Shown here piece after piece: positions 50,221 to 63,268 of a stretch of DNA of 64,000 bases. The stretch's first letter is position 1, and each line of letters opens with the position of its first letter. The position numbers were made by a program, and so were the translations under genes. A model generated the notes under the pieces. It was given only the letters and a program-made list of their open reading frames with translations, was not told the DNA's origin and did not search any database. This stretch comes from Octopus sinensis. Its lineage: Eukaryota. The stretch covers positions 22,506,001 to 22,570,000 of the forward strand of contig NC_043021.1 of NCBI RefSeq assembly GCF_006345805.1, given 5' to 3'.

Positions 50221-50955
50221 ACCTACAACTGTTTTAAAATGGTGAATCAAAACCCCTTTCAAGACTTGCTTGTAATAACCAATTCCCCATAATTAGCGAC
50301 ATCTTCTATTTCATTAAACATGTTCATTTACTACGCCATCAATCAAATCCAATTACTTGTATGTCAAGGTGATCGTCCTGACCAGGTCGCCTCTGGAACG
50401 AGAATTTTGTATTTCTAATTTACAGTGTGACGAGTGGGAAATGCCAAATTCACTTTAACTATAACAGGGATAAAACTAATTATTTAGCAGTGGTTGACGC
50501 TCTATGACTACGTGTTAATTCTGGGTATTGCACTTTAAAAAGTAATTTGTTACAACCAAATTAATGCATGATACCCCCAAATCTCTGTATCACTATGTTT
50601 AAAATAGTTTTAACTAATGAAGATTAAAAATCGTTTTCGTTTATTTATAACAGTTCTTTCATTAGAAACAGAATGCTTTGGCTTCTATAACTGACGTTAA
50701 GAATGTTTGAGTCGAACATGTTTTTGTTCCAAGATGAAAGAGTTATTGAGAATGTCGCTTTGCAACACATGTGGTTTGATGCTTAGCCACACTGTTACCT
50801 ACTAACAATCATACTCTCTAAATCAGTTTTATCAATGCCATGTGAGTGACCGAAGCTGTTGAATGGAAATCTGAGGTGCATAGGTGTTTATACGAGCGCA
50901 CGCATATATATATATGTGTGTGTGTACGCGTGTGTGTGTGTATATTTATGGGTGT

Positions 50956-50990
<35 letters not shown>

Positions 50991-51009
50991 TGGTACCTTA
51001 AACAAGTAT

Positions 51010-51300
51010 CGTCAACATTCTCTGGTCAACAATAGCGTTGTGAGTGGATTTGGTAGATGGAAACTGAAAGAAGACCATCGTACACACACACATATTTATG
51101 TATCTCTGTGCGCGTGTGGATGATTGTACCTGTGTGTATGAGTGTTAGTGAGTGCATGTCCCGGTAACTGAGAGGCAAATAAGACCGAAAGTATGTCCCA
51201 GTCTTTAAGCAAAAAGATGATATATTCGACTGAAAAATTATCAAGGTGGTACCCTACCGTGGTCCCTATCTAATGAGTGAAAACTCTCAAAGACATAAGC
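51010..51300 (+). mobile_element. SINE family B, 5'-truncated
   Basis: ttgtgagtggatttggtagatggaaactgaaagaagaccatcgta...gtcccggtaac...ctatctaatgagtgaaa. Confidence 0.75.
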
Positions 51301-51424
51301 TGATTTGTATTTTCTAAATACTTGGAAATATTTCTGTGTGTGTGTGTGTGACATGATAGTAATTGCATCACTCCAAATATTTTCCCGTAACACTGAAGTA
51401 ATTTCAAAGTAAATATAACGTCAC

Positions 51425-51718
51425 CCTTTTCAAGCCTCACCAGGCCATGGGACCGGTCTCCCGTTTTCTGTGGCGTATGTGTCCCTCACCCAGCACGACG
51501 CGTCGCCACTCCATCACAGCGTTACTCAAGAAACAGGAAGAGAGAGTGAGAGAAAGTTGTGACGAAAGAGTACAAGGGTCACCCCCCCCCTGCCGGAGCG
51601 TCGTGGAGCTTTTAGGTGTTTTCGCTCAATAAGCACACACAGTGCTTCTTGGAATCGAAAACGCGATCCTCCGACCGCGAGTCCGCTGCCCTAACCACTG
51701 GGCCATTGATCCTCCACT
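51425..51718 (-). mobile_element. tRNA(Arg)-like-headed SINE, well preserved
   Basis: Reverse complement ggaggatcaatggcccagtggttagggcagcggactcgcggtcggaggatcgcgttttcgattcc, then ttattgagcgaaaacacct core and a unique tail. Confidence 0.8.
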
Positions 51719-52329
51719 AAAGTAAATATAAAACGCCTGAAATATTTCTGCAGTAAAATAACCTTATTGTAGCTACAAACCATATGACTGTAGAAATCAT
51801 TCTGATAACAGATCAAATACCGTTTCTGCCAGAAAATAGGTCACAGTGACATATTTAGCGTACAGTATAATCGTCTACGTCTAACACCATCACCGTAGTC
51901 CATACCATACAATTGAGTTATCTTTTTCTTTTATAGATAGATTCATTTACCTACATGTTTATTAATGCATAGAACTTATTCTTTAAATCACAAGAGTTCA
52001 CAGGGTGTCGTTATTTTTGGTTTTATAACGTATCAGATATTAAATTATTCATTGTATCTGCATTCTATAATGCAACGATTAGATATCTGATCTGTTAAGT
52101 AGGCAATCAATTAACTTAATTCTTGTATCTATAATTTGCGTATATTTATCACCCGTTACAACTCAATAGTCGCAGGGTTTTCTTTATGTTCAATAAATTG
52201 ATAATCCATCTCTATTATTCCTACGTTTTTCCTTGCATAAGTACAAGAAGTATTCTTTTATAATCTTTAGTATTCAGTGTTTGAAGAATGCATAAATATA
52301 TTTCAGATTTTGGAGAAAAAATTCGGAGA

Positions 52330-52660
52330 AAATATTATAGGCAGATGTCCGGTTGTGTAGTTGCTTTGCAACGAGTTTTTTTTTTTTTTGTATTAAGACA
52401 TCAATACCTTAAGATATCCCCGGGCGGACAAATGTCTTGCGGGTGAATTTGGTAAGCGGCGACCGTGTGTGGAATACCGCTTGTATTAACATGTGTTGGT
52501 TTGCTTCCGCAACCGTAACTTAGAGGCTGAACAAAGGGGTACATTGAAATAAGTCCAAGAGTGAGAAATATGTTCTACCGTCGATTTCTGCGACTATACT
52601 GACGTTGAAGACGTTGCAAGAGTCATGGCCACATTCCAGTTACGGAAACCCATTTCCGCT
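52330..52660 (+). mobile_element. Degenerate SINE family B
   Basis: ggcggacaaatgtcttgcgggtgaatttggtaagcgg...ccgtaacttagaggctg...catggccacattccag. Confidence 0.55.
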
Positions 52661-52689
52661 GACAGAAAATATATTTAAGATATCTGTGA

Positions 52690-52884
52690 CTGTATATGAA
52701 TATATATATATAGAAATTATATACCGACATGTATACACTCAAGAATGTGCATGTATATGCATATATATACACATTCATTCGTGATTTCATACATACATTA
52801 TGTATATATATATCTATATATATGTAAATATGTAGGTATGCATAATATACTTATATGTATATATGTATAAATGTATATATGTGT

Positions 52885-52933
<49 letters not shown>

Positions 52934-53280
52934 CATGCATAATATGCTTATATGTATATATGTATAAATGTATATATGTGTATACATATATATATATATA
53001 TATGTATGTATATATGCATAATCTATTTATATGTATATATGTATGAATATATATATGCATATATGCATGCAAATATGTCTATATGTATGTACATATATAT
53101 ATATGTACGCAAATATATATATATATATATATATATAAATGTATGCATATATATTCACGTATACGTATTAATGCATAGATATGTGTGTATATATATATAT
53201 ATGTGTGTGTGCATATATATATATGAATATATGTGTATATATATTTATGTATGTATATATATATATAAGTATGCATATGA
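52690..53280. repeat. Compound (TA)n/(TATG)n block with an internal ~97-bp duplication
   Basis: cttatatgtatatatgtataaatgtatatatgtgtatacat at about 52850 and 52947. Confidence 0.9.
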
Positions 53281-54072
53281 TGAGGGAAAGAGATGATATC
53301 AAATATACTTTTTTTTTCTAAATGCTTTCTTCCATAATAGTTGTATTTAATTGAATATTTAGCAGATTGAGCTAAATTCTCGTCTAAATTTAGATTGAGA
53401 TAAAGTAATATTGCATGGGAAAATAGATTTCGTAAATGAATATATCTATGTGTCGGCTTATTTAGCTTCATTGTATGAACATCTGTTTATATGAGTTCAT
53501 CAGTGTGCGTGAGTTGTATGCGCAAGATTGTGCCCTGTCGCTCTCATACCACACTAATATTTCGTATGTATAAATACATGCATATATATACTAGTGAAAT
53601 ATATATATACACGCACATAATATATTCCTTGTGTCTATGTTGCTATCATATATATATATATATAAGAAAATACGGCCATTATGAGAAGTGAATAGTATGA
53701 AGTACACAACGATATTCAAATAATAAATTCGCCCGACGGACTTAAAAATACTGTATTTCAGAATTCCATCAATATTCGCATTATGTATCCATGGAATATT
53801 TAATTATTTTATTTTCTGCAGGGTACACTCCCTCATTCTGTGCATATTGACATATATATATATATATATAGATAGATAGATAGATGGATATATGTATGTG
53901 TGTATGGTTATATGTATTTCATTGTAGTTATGGATATATAATACAATGCGTACCAATATATATATAGAGAGAGGGAGAGAGTGTGTTCAGTTACTTATAT
54001 ATACATATGTCAGTATTTATATAATTGTATACACATAAATTTATATACCAAGATATGGCATTTTCGTACATG

Positions 54073-54127
<55 letters not shown>

Positions 54128-54614
54128 TTTCACATATATCAGACGCACACATCAGTGTTTTAGGGGCGTAGCGCTTCATTGCCAATATATTTTTTAATTA
54201 CTTGTTCTATATGAACAGATATTGCATAGCCTCTTAAAGATATCTCAAGGCAATTCCATTCTCCTTATTTCAATTTTTAGCTAATGAAATGTAAAAAACC
54301 TTACGAAAAAATATATCACTGAAAATAATTTCAATAATTTTTCTTTGTTTAATTTTTTTCATTTGTTACTTTATTTTCGTGTCTTTTGTTTTCTATATTT
54401 AATATTAATAATTTCTAATAATTTCAAGAGAGTATTATTTTTGCTTTTTCATATGTTTAGATTTTTTCACGTTTTCTAATGTTTCATATTGTGTTTTGCA
54501 TTTCAATTCCCTTTTTCTTATTTTTCCTTTCAAAATTCTGATAAAAATTATATTTCCTTGAAGGAGTATATACGCGAGAATGCATGAATGTCTAAACGAT
54601 ATGTGCGTACACAA

Positions 54615-54712
54615 TCATATATATATATATGTATATACATGCATCTATATTTACATATATAGGCACGTATCTAAAAACATTTCTTTTGTTGTGTTTCTAT
54701 ACATACGCAGCG

Positions 54713-54751
<39 letters not shown>

Positions 54752-54849
54752 GAGTATACTTATGTATATATATATATATATATATACATACATATACACA
54801 TGCACATATATATATACATTTATATATATTATATATATATATATATAAT

Positions 54850-54884
<35 letters not shown>

Positions 54885-54960
54885 GAGTATACTTATGTAT
54901 ATATATATATATATATACATACATATACACATGCACATATATATATACATTTATATATAT

Positions 54961-54992
<32 letters not shown>

Positions 54993-55033
54993 ATATATAT
55001 ACATATACACATACACATATATATATATACATT

Positions 55034-55088
<55 letters not shown>

Positions 55089-55090
55089 TA
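54615..55090. repeat. (TA)n block with a 133-bp tandem duplication
   Basis: tgagtatacttatg at 54751 and 54884. Confidence 0.9.
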
Positions 55091-56719
55091 GATGTGTGTA
55101 TGCGTATATAAATATGGATGCATTTGAATGATTTTATGTTTTATCCTGAACCATATACAAGTGTTTGGATCAATATAATATACCACACCTATACAGGTCT
55201 TGTTTTGTAATCCTTTATTCTGGGGATGGTTAGTTTAGATTGCTATAAACAAGTTATACCTTTGAATAATGGGAACCAGTTCCTGATATGTGTAATTCAT
55301 GTAATGTGCACGTTTCAAGATATTACGTATATGTCTGAAGAGAATAATGTTTGCGTAACAATTTGCTACGTAAGCACACGAAATGTGCGTATTTAATGTG
55401 AACTATCAATAATAGGCTTTTCTTATATTCTAACATAGGAAAAACGAATAAAATGTGGAAAATGTGTGTAAAGAGAAGAAGCAAACACATAACAAAGCAC
55501 TTAAATTTACTGGTTTAGAGATTGATATAAGAAAAGAGATATTCATAAAATAACGCATACATAGAGAATACTACGACCCGAGTATACTACCAAAATACTC
55601 TTCTGCTGAATGATTTCAATACATGTTTTCTCCCTCATTTACATACAATTGTGTCTCTGATCAAAGTAAAATGGTATTCTTTTTTTTCTTTTTGGCACTT
55701 TGACGTTGTACTACTATTTGAAAAAAAAGGTTGCCACATCTGCCTTATTTTTGTAATTATATTTGCAAATCTAGTCTGCAAATCCATTTAAAGGATCTCG
55801 ATTTCGTCAGAAAATTGGTCTGCAGGATTTGCGTGGCTGATGAATTGTAAATGATGACCACATTTTAGCGACAGCGTTGTTACATCAGTAATATGGAGTA
55901 ATAACACAGTTATACGCGAGTCATGAGAACGTGACACAGATTACGTCACCGTTAATTCGACTAATTAAAGCTGTGGATGATATCAACCATATTGACTAAT
56001 GGATTATATTACCAGAATTATTTTTTAATTATTTAAAGCAGGGAGCACTATATCTCTGAAACAGTATCCAATTACCGTAAAGCTTTGCCAAATAAAATTT
56101 TGATTCTTTTCAGAATGTTACGATTTTAACTATCCTTGAAGCCGTTCAATGACATTGTGGTTAACGTGATGGGTATCATGGTGGTGAATATATTCCTATA
56201 TAATAAGTGCTGGGCGTAAACAACAACTATGTCAATTTATTTATAACTTAGCCTAAGCTAAACATTATGACCACAAGAAGATTACAATGACACTGACAAA
56301 ACAATTTTCCAGACGTAAAGATTCAAAATTCAGACCAGCGGGATTAAACGACAGTCAAAAGGTATTAGCTATTTAATCATTCCGTTGTTGGTTATAACAT
56401 AAAACAGGCGTTGATGAAAATTCAATCTCTCTGTGGATTATTTAGAATGAATCTTACAGAACTATTCTGACACGCTATCAAGTAATTCTAAACTGTCAGC
56501 CCTTCTGAGAGACTCAGCGAGTCAAAGAATGACTTGCACGCTTGTGTCGACTTCAATTAATAGTTAATTTGTCATGATCTGATTCTTGGATGTAAAATCA
56601 AAATGTGCGATGATTAAATACAAAAAAGAATGATGAAGGCAAAATTTTGAATCGTTATATTTTACGATGAAATAATAATTCTATCAGTCTCTTTAACTGT
56701 AATTCTCTTCCTTTAAAAA

Positions 56720-57050
56720 ATCGTATTTCAGCATATACAAGTAACTAGTAATATAAACAGTTGAAATTGAAAGAATTTGCAGTATTGGAGCCGAAAAGGT
56801 TTTGCGTATAATAATTGGTGTATTGCGAACTGTGTTAAAATGCTTAAAGAAATGGTTGATGGAGATTGCAATAGAATGTCCTATAGAGCTTTTTTACAAA
56901 CAGGTTGCCTCTTAGCCACAGGGAAGAAATCAGGAGCGTCTTGAGCACTTGAAAGATTATTGAAAGCTTTTGGATACGTGAGGTTACAGCCTGTGACCTC
57001 ACATACGCCCAGGAATGAGAACGAACTTGAGTCAAATCAATAATAATAAT
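56720..57050 (+). mobile_element. Second R4/Dong-like (RLE-type) LINE 3' end, frameshifted, with (TAA)n tail
   Basis: EIERICSIGAEKVLRIIIGVLRTVLKCLKKWLMEIAIECPIEL / LQTGCLLATG / IRSVLST*, then a ~80-bp UTR and aataataataat. Confidence 0.7.
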
Positions 57051-57059
57051 AAATTTTCT

Positions 57060-57660
57060 ACTAAAGTTCCGAAGTTCAAACTAGTCTGCCACATCGCTAT
57101 TATTTATAATAATTCTTCCGCTGTGATCGACGTTGCCTTTCATCCTTTCGGGGTCGATAAAATAAGTACCAGTTACGCACTGGGGTCGATGTAAGCGACT
57201 CAATCCTTTCCTCCAAGCTGCCTTTATGGCAAAAATTTTAAATCTTTATTTATAATGATTCTACTTTAGGCTCAAGTCCAGCAGATTGAGCGTTGTGTAG
57301 TTAATCGATGATATTGATTTCAGCCTTTGTCTGGAACTCTGTTTCATTTACTCTGGAAAAATTAGAGACAATTTTGATCTCTGAGGATAGGAACTCAGAA
57401 CGGAAAGCGTAGGAAGAAATGCGCCGTCAGTTATCTGACTGTGGATCATTTATCCCTGAAGTTAGAATGATAATTTTGACAATAATCTTTAGTATTATAA
57501 GCACAAAGCCAGAAATGTTTGAGGAGGCGGTTGATCAATTATCTTGAGAGCCATTGCTCAAATGTTAGTTATTTCATCGCCCCCGAAAGAATAAAATGCA
57601 AGATCACCATTCGTGATTTTTGAACACGGAACGTAAAATGTTCTACAATTTTGTCAGACA
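57060..57660. mobile_element. SINE family A fragments: plus-strand core (57120-57245) and degenerate minus-strand pieces
   Basis: gttgcctttcatcctttcggggtcgataaaataagtaccagttacgcactggggtcgatgtaagcgact; ccccgaaagaataaaatgcaag at about 57580. Confidence 0.75.
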
Positions 57661-58134
57661 GTAGAATGATGCTACCTGCAGGTATAAATAATACTAAAAA
57701 TAATATTACATAATTTTCAAAATGTTTAGAATTGTGATGATATAAAGGAATACAAATGACAAAGATGAAGAAGGATGAATAGATTTTCGTGCAGTTGATA
57801 TTAGCCTTCTGATAATTGGGATATAGGTAATGTTTACGAAATTGCCATAAGAATGACGCAAGCCACTGACTCCATTATGTTACTAAATAGGTATTTCTCT
57901 GTCGATAAATATCAGAGGAATATTAGTGCATGTAAAGGATGTGTGAATGTGCTTGTGTGAACGAAGGTGCACGTGTGTGTGTATGTGAATGTTTTTGTAT
58001 GATTGTGTTTCCCTGCACTACTGATTAGTCTTTGAAAATCAATATTGAAAAACTGTTGGCAACGGTTTGAATCATATTTGTAATAATACAGTCATATACA
58101 TACATAATATATATGTAGTGTAATATATATATAT

Positions 58135-58177
<43 letters not shown>

Positions 58178-58201
58178 AACCAGTACATTTCTTACTACCA
58201 C

Positions 58202-58236
<35 letters not shown>

Positions 58237-58495
58237 GAACACATATATATTTTAAAAACCAGAGATAAATGAACACTGCCCACATTCCTTTACACTCGAA
58301 TTCTCACGCGAAATGTATATATGTATTTGGATTTACATAAAAGCCTGCAGTAGCTACCACACATAACAGATATATACACATGTGTATGCATACATAACCA
58401 TACAAATATTACATGCACACAAGTTTCTGCTTGTGCGCAGACAGACACACGTCCCCATACATACTTACACTTACGGTAACGCACAAAGGCGTATG

Positions 58496-58528
<33 letters not shown>

Positions 58529-58839
58529 AGAGAGAGAGAGAGATACATATTCAAATGAGAGTTCGTTATTCCCTTTTATGTATGTGACGGGCTATTGATA
58601 TTTCCTATCATAAATTTTATTGTAATCTGTCGAAATGGGATATAAATGGTTGTATAGAATATCTATACGGGGAATTCAGCGGCTAATATCCTTGAACAAG
58701 TCACAATTATCTTTGTCAAATCTATCCTGATCAATAATTTATTATCTATCCAAGTGTCATGCACCCACTTTCTTTCAACCACGGTACCTAAAACGTACAT
58801 ACACAGACACTCACTTACACATAAATACTCACGTACACA

Positions 58840-59200
58840 CATACACACTCTATATTTATATATGTATGTATGAGTATATATATATATACATGTATCTATA
58901 TGTATATATGTATATATGAGTATATATATATATACATGTATCTATATGTATATATGTATATATATATATATATATATATCTACATGTATATATGAGGATG
59001 TATATATGTATCTATATGTATATATGAGTATGTATATATGTATCTATATGTATATATGAGTATGTATATATGTATCTATATGTATATATGAGTATGTATA
59101 TATGTATCTATATGTATGTATGAGCATATATATATGCAGGTATATATATGCATGTATGAGTATATATATATGCAGGTATATATATGCATGTATGGGTATA

Positions 59201-59275
<75 letters not shown>

Positions 59276-59316
59276 CTATATGTATATATGTGTATGTTTA
59301 TATATGCATGAATCTA

Positions 59317-59355
<39 letters not shown>
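58840..59355. repeat. Compound (TA)n/(TATG)n block with 30-bp higher-order repeats
   Basis: tgtatatatgtatctatatgtatatatgag repeated about 4 times at 58990-59110. Confidence 0.9.
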
Positions 59356-59356
<1 letters not shown>

Positions 59357-59811
59357 TTTACTGTTTGTACTTACACTTTTAGTATTGTTGGCAACATCCT
59401 AAATTGAACAATTATTCAACATTCAGCGATAACATTTCTCCTGAAGATACTCCCCATCACACACACACACACACACAGATGAATGTGTATGCATCCTACC
59501 TCTATATATCTACATATCATCCTGTCTCCACACACTCACACACATACTCACATTATGTGAGAGTATTGAGTGTGTTTGTGTGTGTGCATATGCTGTGTGT
59601 GCGCAGTGGCTAATGAGGGAATTGGTATATAATTCACACTGAATAATATATAAATCGAAATTTGAGGAGTAACTCATGCAAGATTTTCATCAGATGAAAT
59701 ATTCAAATATTTTCTAGAAATTGCCTGTAACAAATATTTTACAAGGTAGCTTTCTGAATATATAAGCAATTGCGCTTACAGGATTCGTATGTGTACATAT
59801 GTGCGGATAAC

Positions 59812-59950
59812 TAGGAGTGGTTCAGTGATAAGGATTCTTGAACTTCACCCAAACCGTGTAGGTTCGGGTTCCCTTCAGGCAAGTCTTTGACGGGATGTTG
59901 CTGTTGCTTAGTTTTTCAAGACGGTGACTTGGGTATTGACGTCGTTTAAT
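59812..59950 (+). mobile_element. Degenerate tRNA-headed SINE fragment
   Basis: aggagtggttcagtgataagg...gttcgggttcccttcaggcaagtcttt. Confidence 0.45.
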
Positions 59951-60129
59951 GACTGAAAATGTGATGCAATTAATTTTTGTGAGTTTACCGCTCCCTACAA
60001 ATTTATGAATACCTTTACTGTCTGATGCCAACATTTTACCTAACGTACTCACTGCGGTAGTGCGTAAACACACACACACACACACACACACTCACACATA
60101 GGTTACATATTTTTTTCTTTAGATTCGCT

Positions 60130-60425
60130 ATACATGCTGATAAAATTAAAAGAAAAACAAACAAGAACACCCAAAGAGCGCAAACCACCGCCAAGCCACA
60201 GCAACGTCCTCTCGACGATTAGCCCATGATGATTTTTAAAACGTGAATATCGGACAAAGAAATCGACTGCTCTTATAAACTTTAAAGCCAAAAATAAATG
60301 CCTACCAAGACACCTGATGACGGCTGGAGGGTATATCAGCCGAAAATTGTATTAGCAACAAACAAGATGAGAACAAATATCCGTCAAATGTAAATGTGTT
60401 AAATCCTCATCTCTTAAATATAGAA
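60130..60425 (+). mobile_element. PLE-type terminal repeat containing a hammerhead ribozyme-like motif
   Basis: gacac-CTGATGA-c-ggctg(gagggtatat)cagcc-GAAA-att-gtatt at 60309-60353. Confidence 0.6.
60309..60353 (+). ncRNA. Type I minimal hammerhead ribozyme motif, probably inactivated
   Basis: Canonical CUGAUGA and GAAA boxes, 5-bp stem II, stem I 4/5 paired; stem III and the cleavage triplet are degraded (GAAA-AUU instead of GAAAC-GUH). Confidence 0.55.
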
Positions 60426-60768
60426 AAGTACTTTTTCTATTGTCCTACATATCACAGGCAACTGATTCAACATCATAAGTTGCTGTTCAGTAAATTTCGT
60501 TATCTCTAATTTATTCATAAGATTTCATGAATGGTGGTCTAGGAAGGCAAAATAGGAAGTGATTTTTCTCAACACTATATATAGAGAGATAGATAGGGAG
60601 AGGGTGAAACAACAATATATACGACTAATAATATGAATATAACCGGGTTCTCAATTGTTGTCATATGATGATTCTAGACCAATACTGATCCCTATCTCAT
60701 TATTTAGAAGTCTGTACTTTCAGTTATTCGCGTCTGTAAACCAATCATATCATTATCCACATATAATC

Positions 60769-60950
60769 GTGGAGGCGCGCGGCTTAGCGGCGAGTGGTTT
60801 CAGTTTCTGAACCGGGCGACGAGTTGTAATCTTGGGCACAACACACTTCATTTTCATGGTGACCCAGTCTACTCAATGAGGAATTCTGCGACGGACCGGA
60901 GTCCTGTCTAGCTGGGGAATAAACACGCCATGGAAACCAGAAAACTGGTG
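60769..60950 (+). mobile_element. SINE family C, internally deleted
   Basis: ggaggcgcgcggcttagcgg...ccgggcgacgagttgtaatcttgggcacaacacacttcatt...ctgcgacggaccggagtcctgtctag. Confidence 0.75.
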
Positions 60951-61585
60951 GTATGTGTTTATTTGATAAAGGAAGGAATTTTACTTTCTTATTTTACTGC
61001 ATGTAATCGCGGCCAAAGACCTTCACATCACAACCTACCATTCACTAAATTTATCAATCTCTAATGTATTTCTTCATAAGAGATGGTCATATAAAGGAAA
61101 GTAGGAAGCATATTTTTTTAATAACCGTCTTTCTATGGCTACAGGTAACATTCCTGTAATTACTTATAAGACATAAATCAAGAAATATTTATTTCATTTT
61201 GTACCCTTTTAAAGTTTTACATTTATAGATGTCTGTAAACTTTAATGCTTTCATATTCCACATAAATTTTCTTTGATATAATATCTGTTTATTGGAGTTT
61301 ATCTTTCTCTCTTCTACTTTAATATATATACTCTAAAACTTGATGCTTTTATTAAAGATTCTTCATATTAAGCGCTGCCATTACATATCCGTACACACAT
61401 GCAGACACACACTGAAATAGTGAGACATAAATGTAGAATGCTAGAGCAGTGTGTATTTATAAACATACATGCATACATGTACATGCATATGTCTATCTAA
61501 CTAGCTCTCTCTTTTTCTATCTCTCTCTCATGTATATATATGTATTTATTTATACATACAGACATTGCAGAAACACATATACAAT

Positions 61586-61735
61586 CGAGCGGTGCTGAAA
61601 ATTGCCTGACTTTAAGGGTCTACCTACAGGCCTGGATGGACGATCAAACTTGCCAGTTCTTTTACAGGGTTTCGAAAATGTGGGGGACCGCTGAAGTAAG
61701 TGTGGGTATGTGAGAGGGGAATATGTTCAATAAAA
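61586..61735 (+). mobile_element. Mariner-derived non-autonomous fragment (TIR-like start fused to transposase C-terminus)
   Basis: Begins cgagcggtgctgaaaattgcctgacttt; SLQGFENVGDR*SKCGYVRGEYVQ* matches the mariner end FYxxGxxKLxxRWxKCxxxxGxYVE*. Confidence 0.65.
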
Positions 61736-61808
61736 GGATATTCCTGTAGTTTTTATTATCCAAAGATATGTCTTTTCACTCCAACTATACACATACTATA
61801 TATGTGTG

Positions 61809-61849
<41 letters not shown>

Positions 61850-62559
61850 CAACAGGAGAAACAATCAACGTCTTGATTTCAGCAGAAAAATTAATCCCGT
61901 GTTGAAAGTAGGTTTGTCTCTTCCTTAATCGCATTTATACATCAATCTCCCTCCTAATCTACCTTTTCTATTACCAGAAAAAAAAATTAAATGCGTTAAC
62001 GCCCTGCATTATATAGGAAAAGTGATGTTGGATTTCGTGGCCTTATGTCTATTCCATACAGGACAAAAACGAGATGGTCATTAATAAGATAAAACTTTGA
62101 ACTACGTCATCTTAAGTAATTATCTGTAGTTAAACAAGAACCGTTATCTACCTTGTTGAATGAATTAAACACCTTGAACATATATAACTGTTACCTAGAT
62201 AATCATTATTGTTGTTCTGAACCTGATCAAGATGAGGCGACCAAAATGAATCGATTAATGAAAATTCATTCATCAATGCTATGGCCAATGGTTTAAAAAC
62301 ACTAGTCGTCCTTACCAAGTGCGCATGGCAGAAATAAACCCCACTTTGAAAGGTTTCGTAAAGGCAAATGTTAGAAAATAAACCGTGATAAACCGTGAAA
62401 CATAAAAATTAATAATGGCTGATAGCCATCTAGATGTTTCATTCTGAATACAATAGTCTCAAATTTGGAAATTAATATAGATGTATGTATGTAGGCTTCT
62501 TTAGAATATATGTCACAATACTTGTAAGACAATACCTGAACTTAAGACATATGCTAGTT

Positions 62560-62770
62560 CACAAAAAAAAAACATTATTTCAGAATCAGATTCCGGAGAG
62601 TTAGAAGAAACTTGAACCATATCTGTCAACTGTGTTTTAAACCGTGTCACTCTGCAGCTGGTCTTAAAAGTCATTTGAGGTCTTAGCAATGGAATGATTG
62701 TGCTTTGTGATGGGGATGCGGTGCGTGTGTTGATGGGAACGGCATTCGTCTGTCACGATAAGTAATCATC
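62560..62770 (+). mobile_element. RTE-like LINE 3' end with C-terminal zinc-finger motif
   Basis: RIRFRRVRRNLNHICQLCFKPCHSAAGLKSHLRS* followed by a short UTR ending taatcatcat. Confidence 0.55.
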
Positions 62771-62863
62771 ATATGTTTGTGTGTGTATGTAAGTATATTT
62801 GTGTGTATGTGTGCAAGTGTGTTTGTGCGTGCATCTGTGCGTGTATGTGTATTTATGTGTAAG

Positions 62864-62898
<35 letters not shown>

Positions 62899-62954
62899 TA
62901 TATATTATATATATTATATATATATGTGTGTGTGTGTGTGTATTTGTGTGACTG

Positions 62955-63268
62955 TGGGTGTGGACTTGCACTCAGTCGATTACGATGACGTGTGTTCCAG
63001 TTGATCCGACCAACGGATCAGATTGCTCGTGAAGCTAAGATGCATGGTGTTGCGCACTTCACGAACAAGTATACCATGAACCTGTTCCTGATGGAAATTC
63101 CTCATGGTGCAGAATATGAAAAGACTGACTCAGTTTTTAGAGCTAAGTCAACTGGAAGACACAGAATGAAGAGTGTTGCTCCAGGGCACAACGCACAGTG
63201 AAAATTCGGAAGCACAGCGTTATGTTCGTGGATCAATTACCCTAACCAGTAAGCCACGCGCATTGAGA
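62955..63268 (-). mobile_element. SINE family C, near full length
   Basis: Reverse complement gcgcgtggcttactggttagggt...gcgttgtgccctggagcaacactctt...ggatcaactggaacacacgtcatcgtaatcgac. Confidence 0.8.

Noticed and set aside
51650-51718. Possible tRNA-Arg gene on the minus strand
   Set aside because: Only A/B-box and D-arm resemblance, with no closing acceptor stem; it continues into a SINE core and tail.
62318-62445. 128-nt minus-strand open stretch between AG and gtaagg (NETSRWLSAIINFY...)
   Set aside because: Weak pyrimidine tract, no recognisable protein and no compatible neighbouring exon.
62992-63201. Protein-like ORF MFQLIRPTDQIAREAK...
   Set aside because: It is the antisense reading of a family C SINE (tRNA-like head at 63268, core and tail recognisable).
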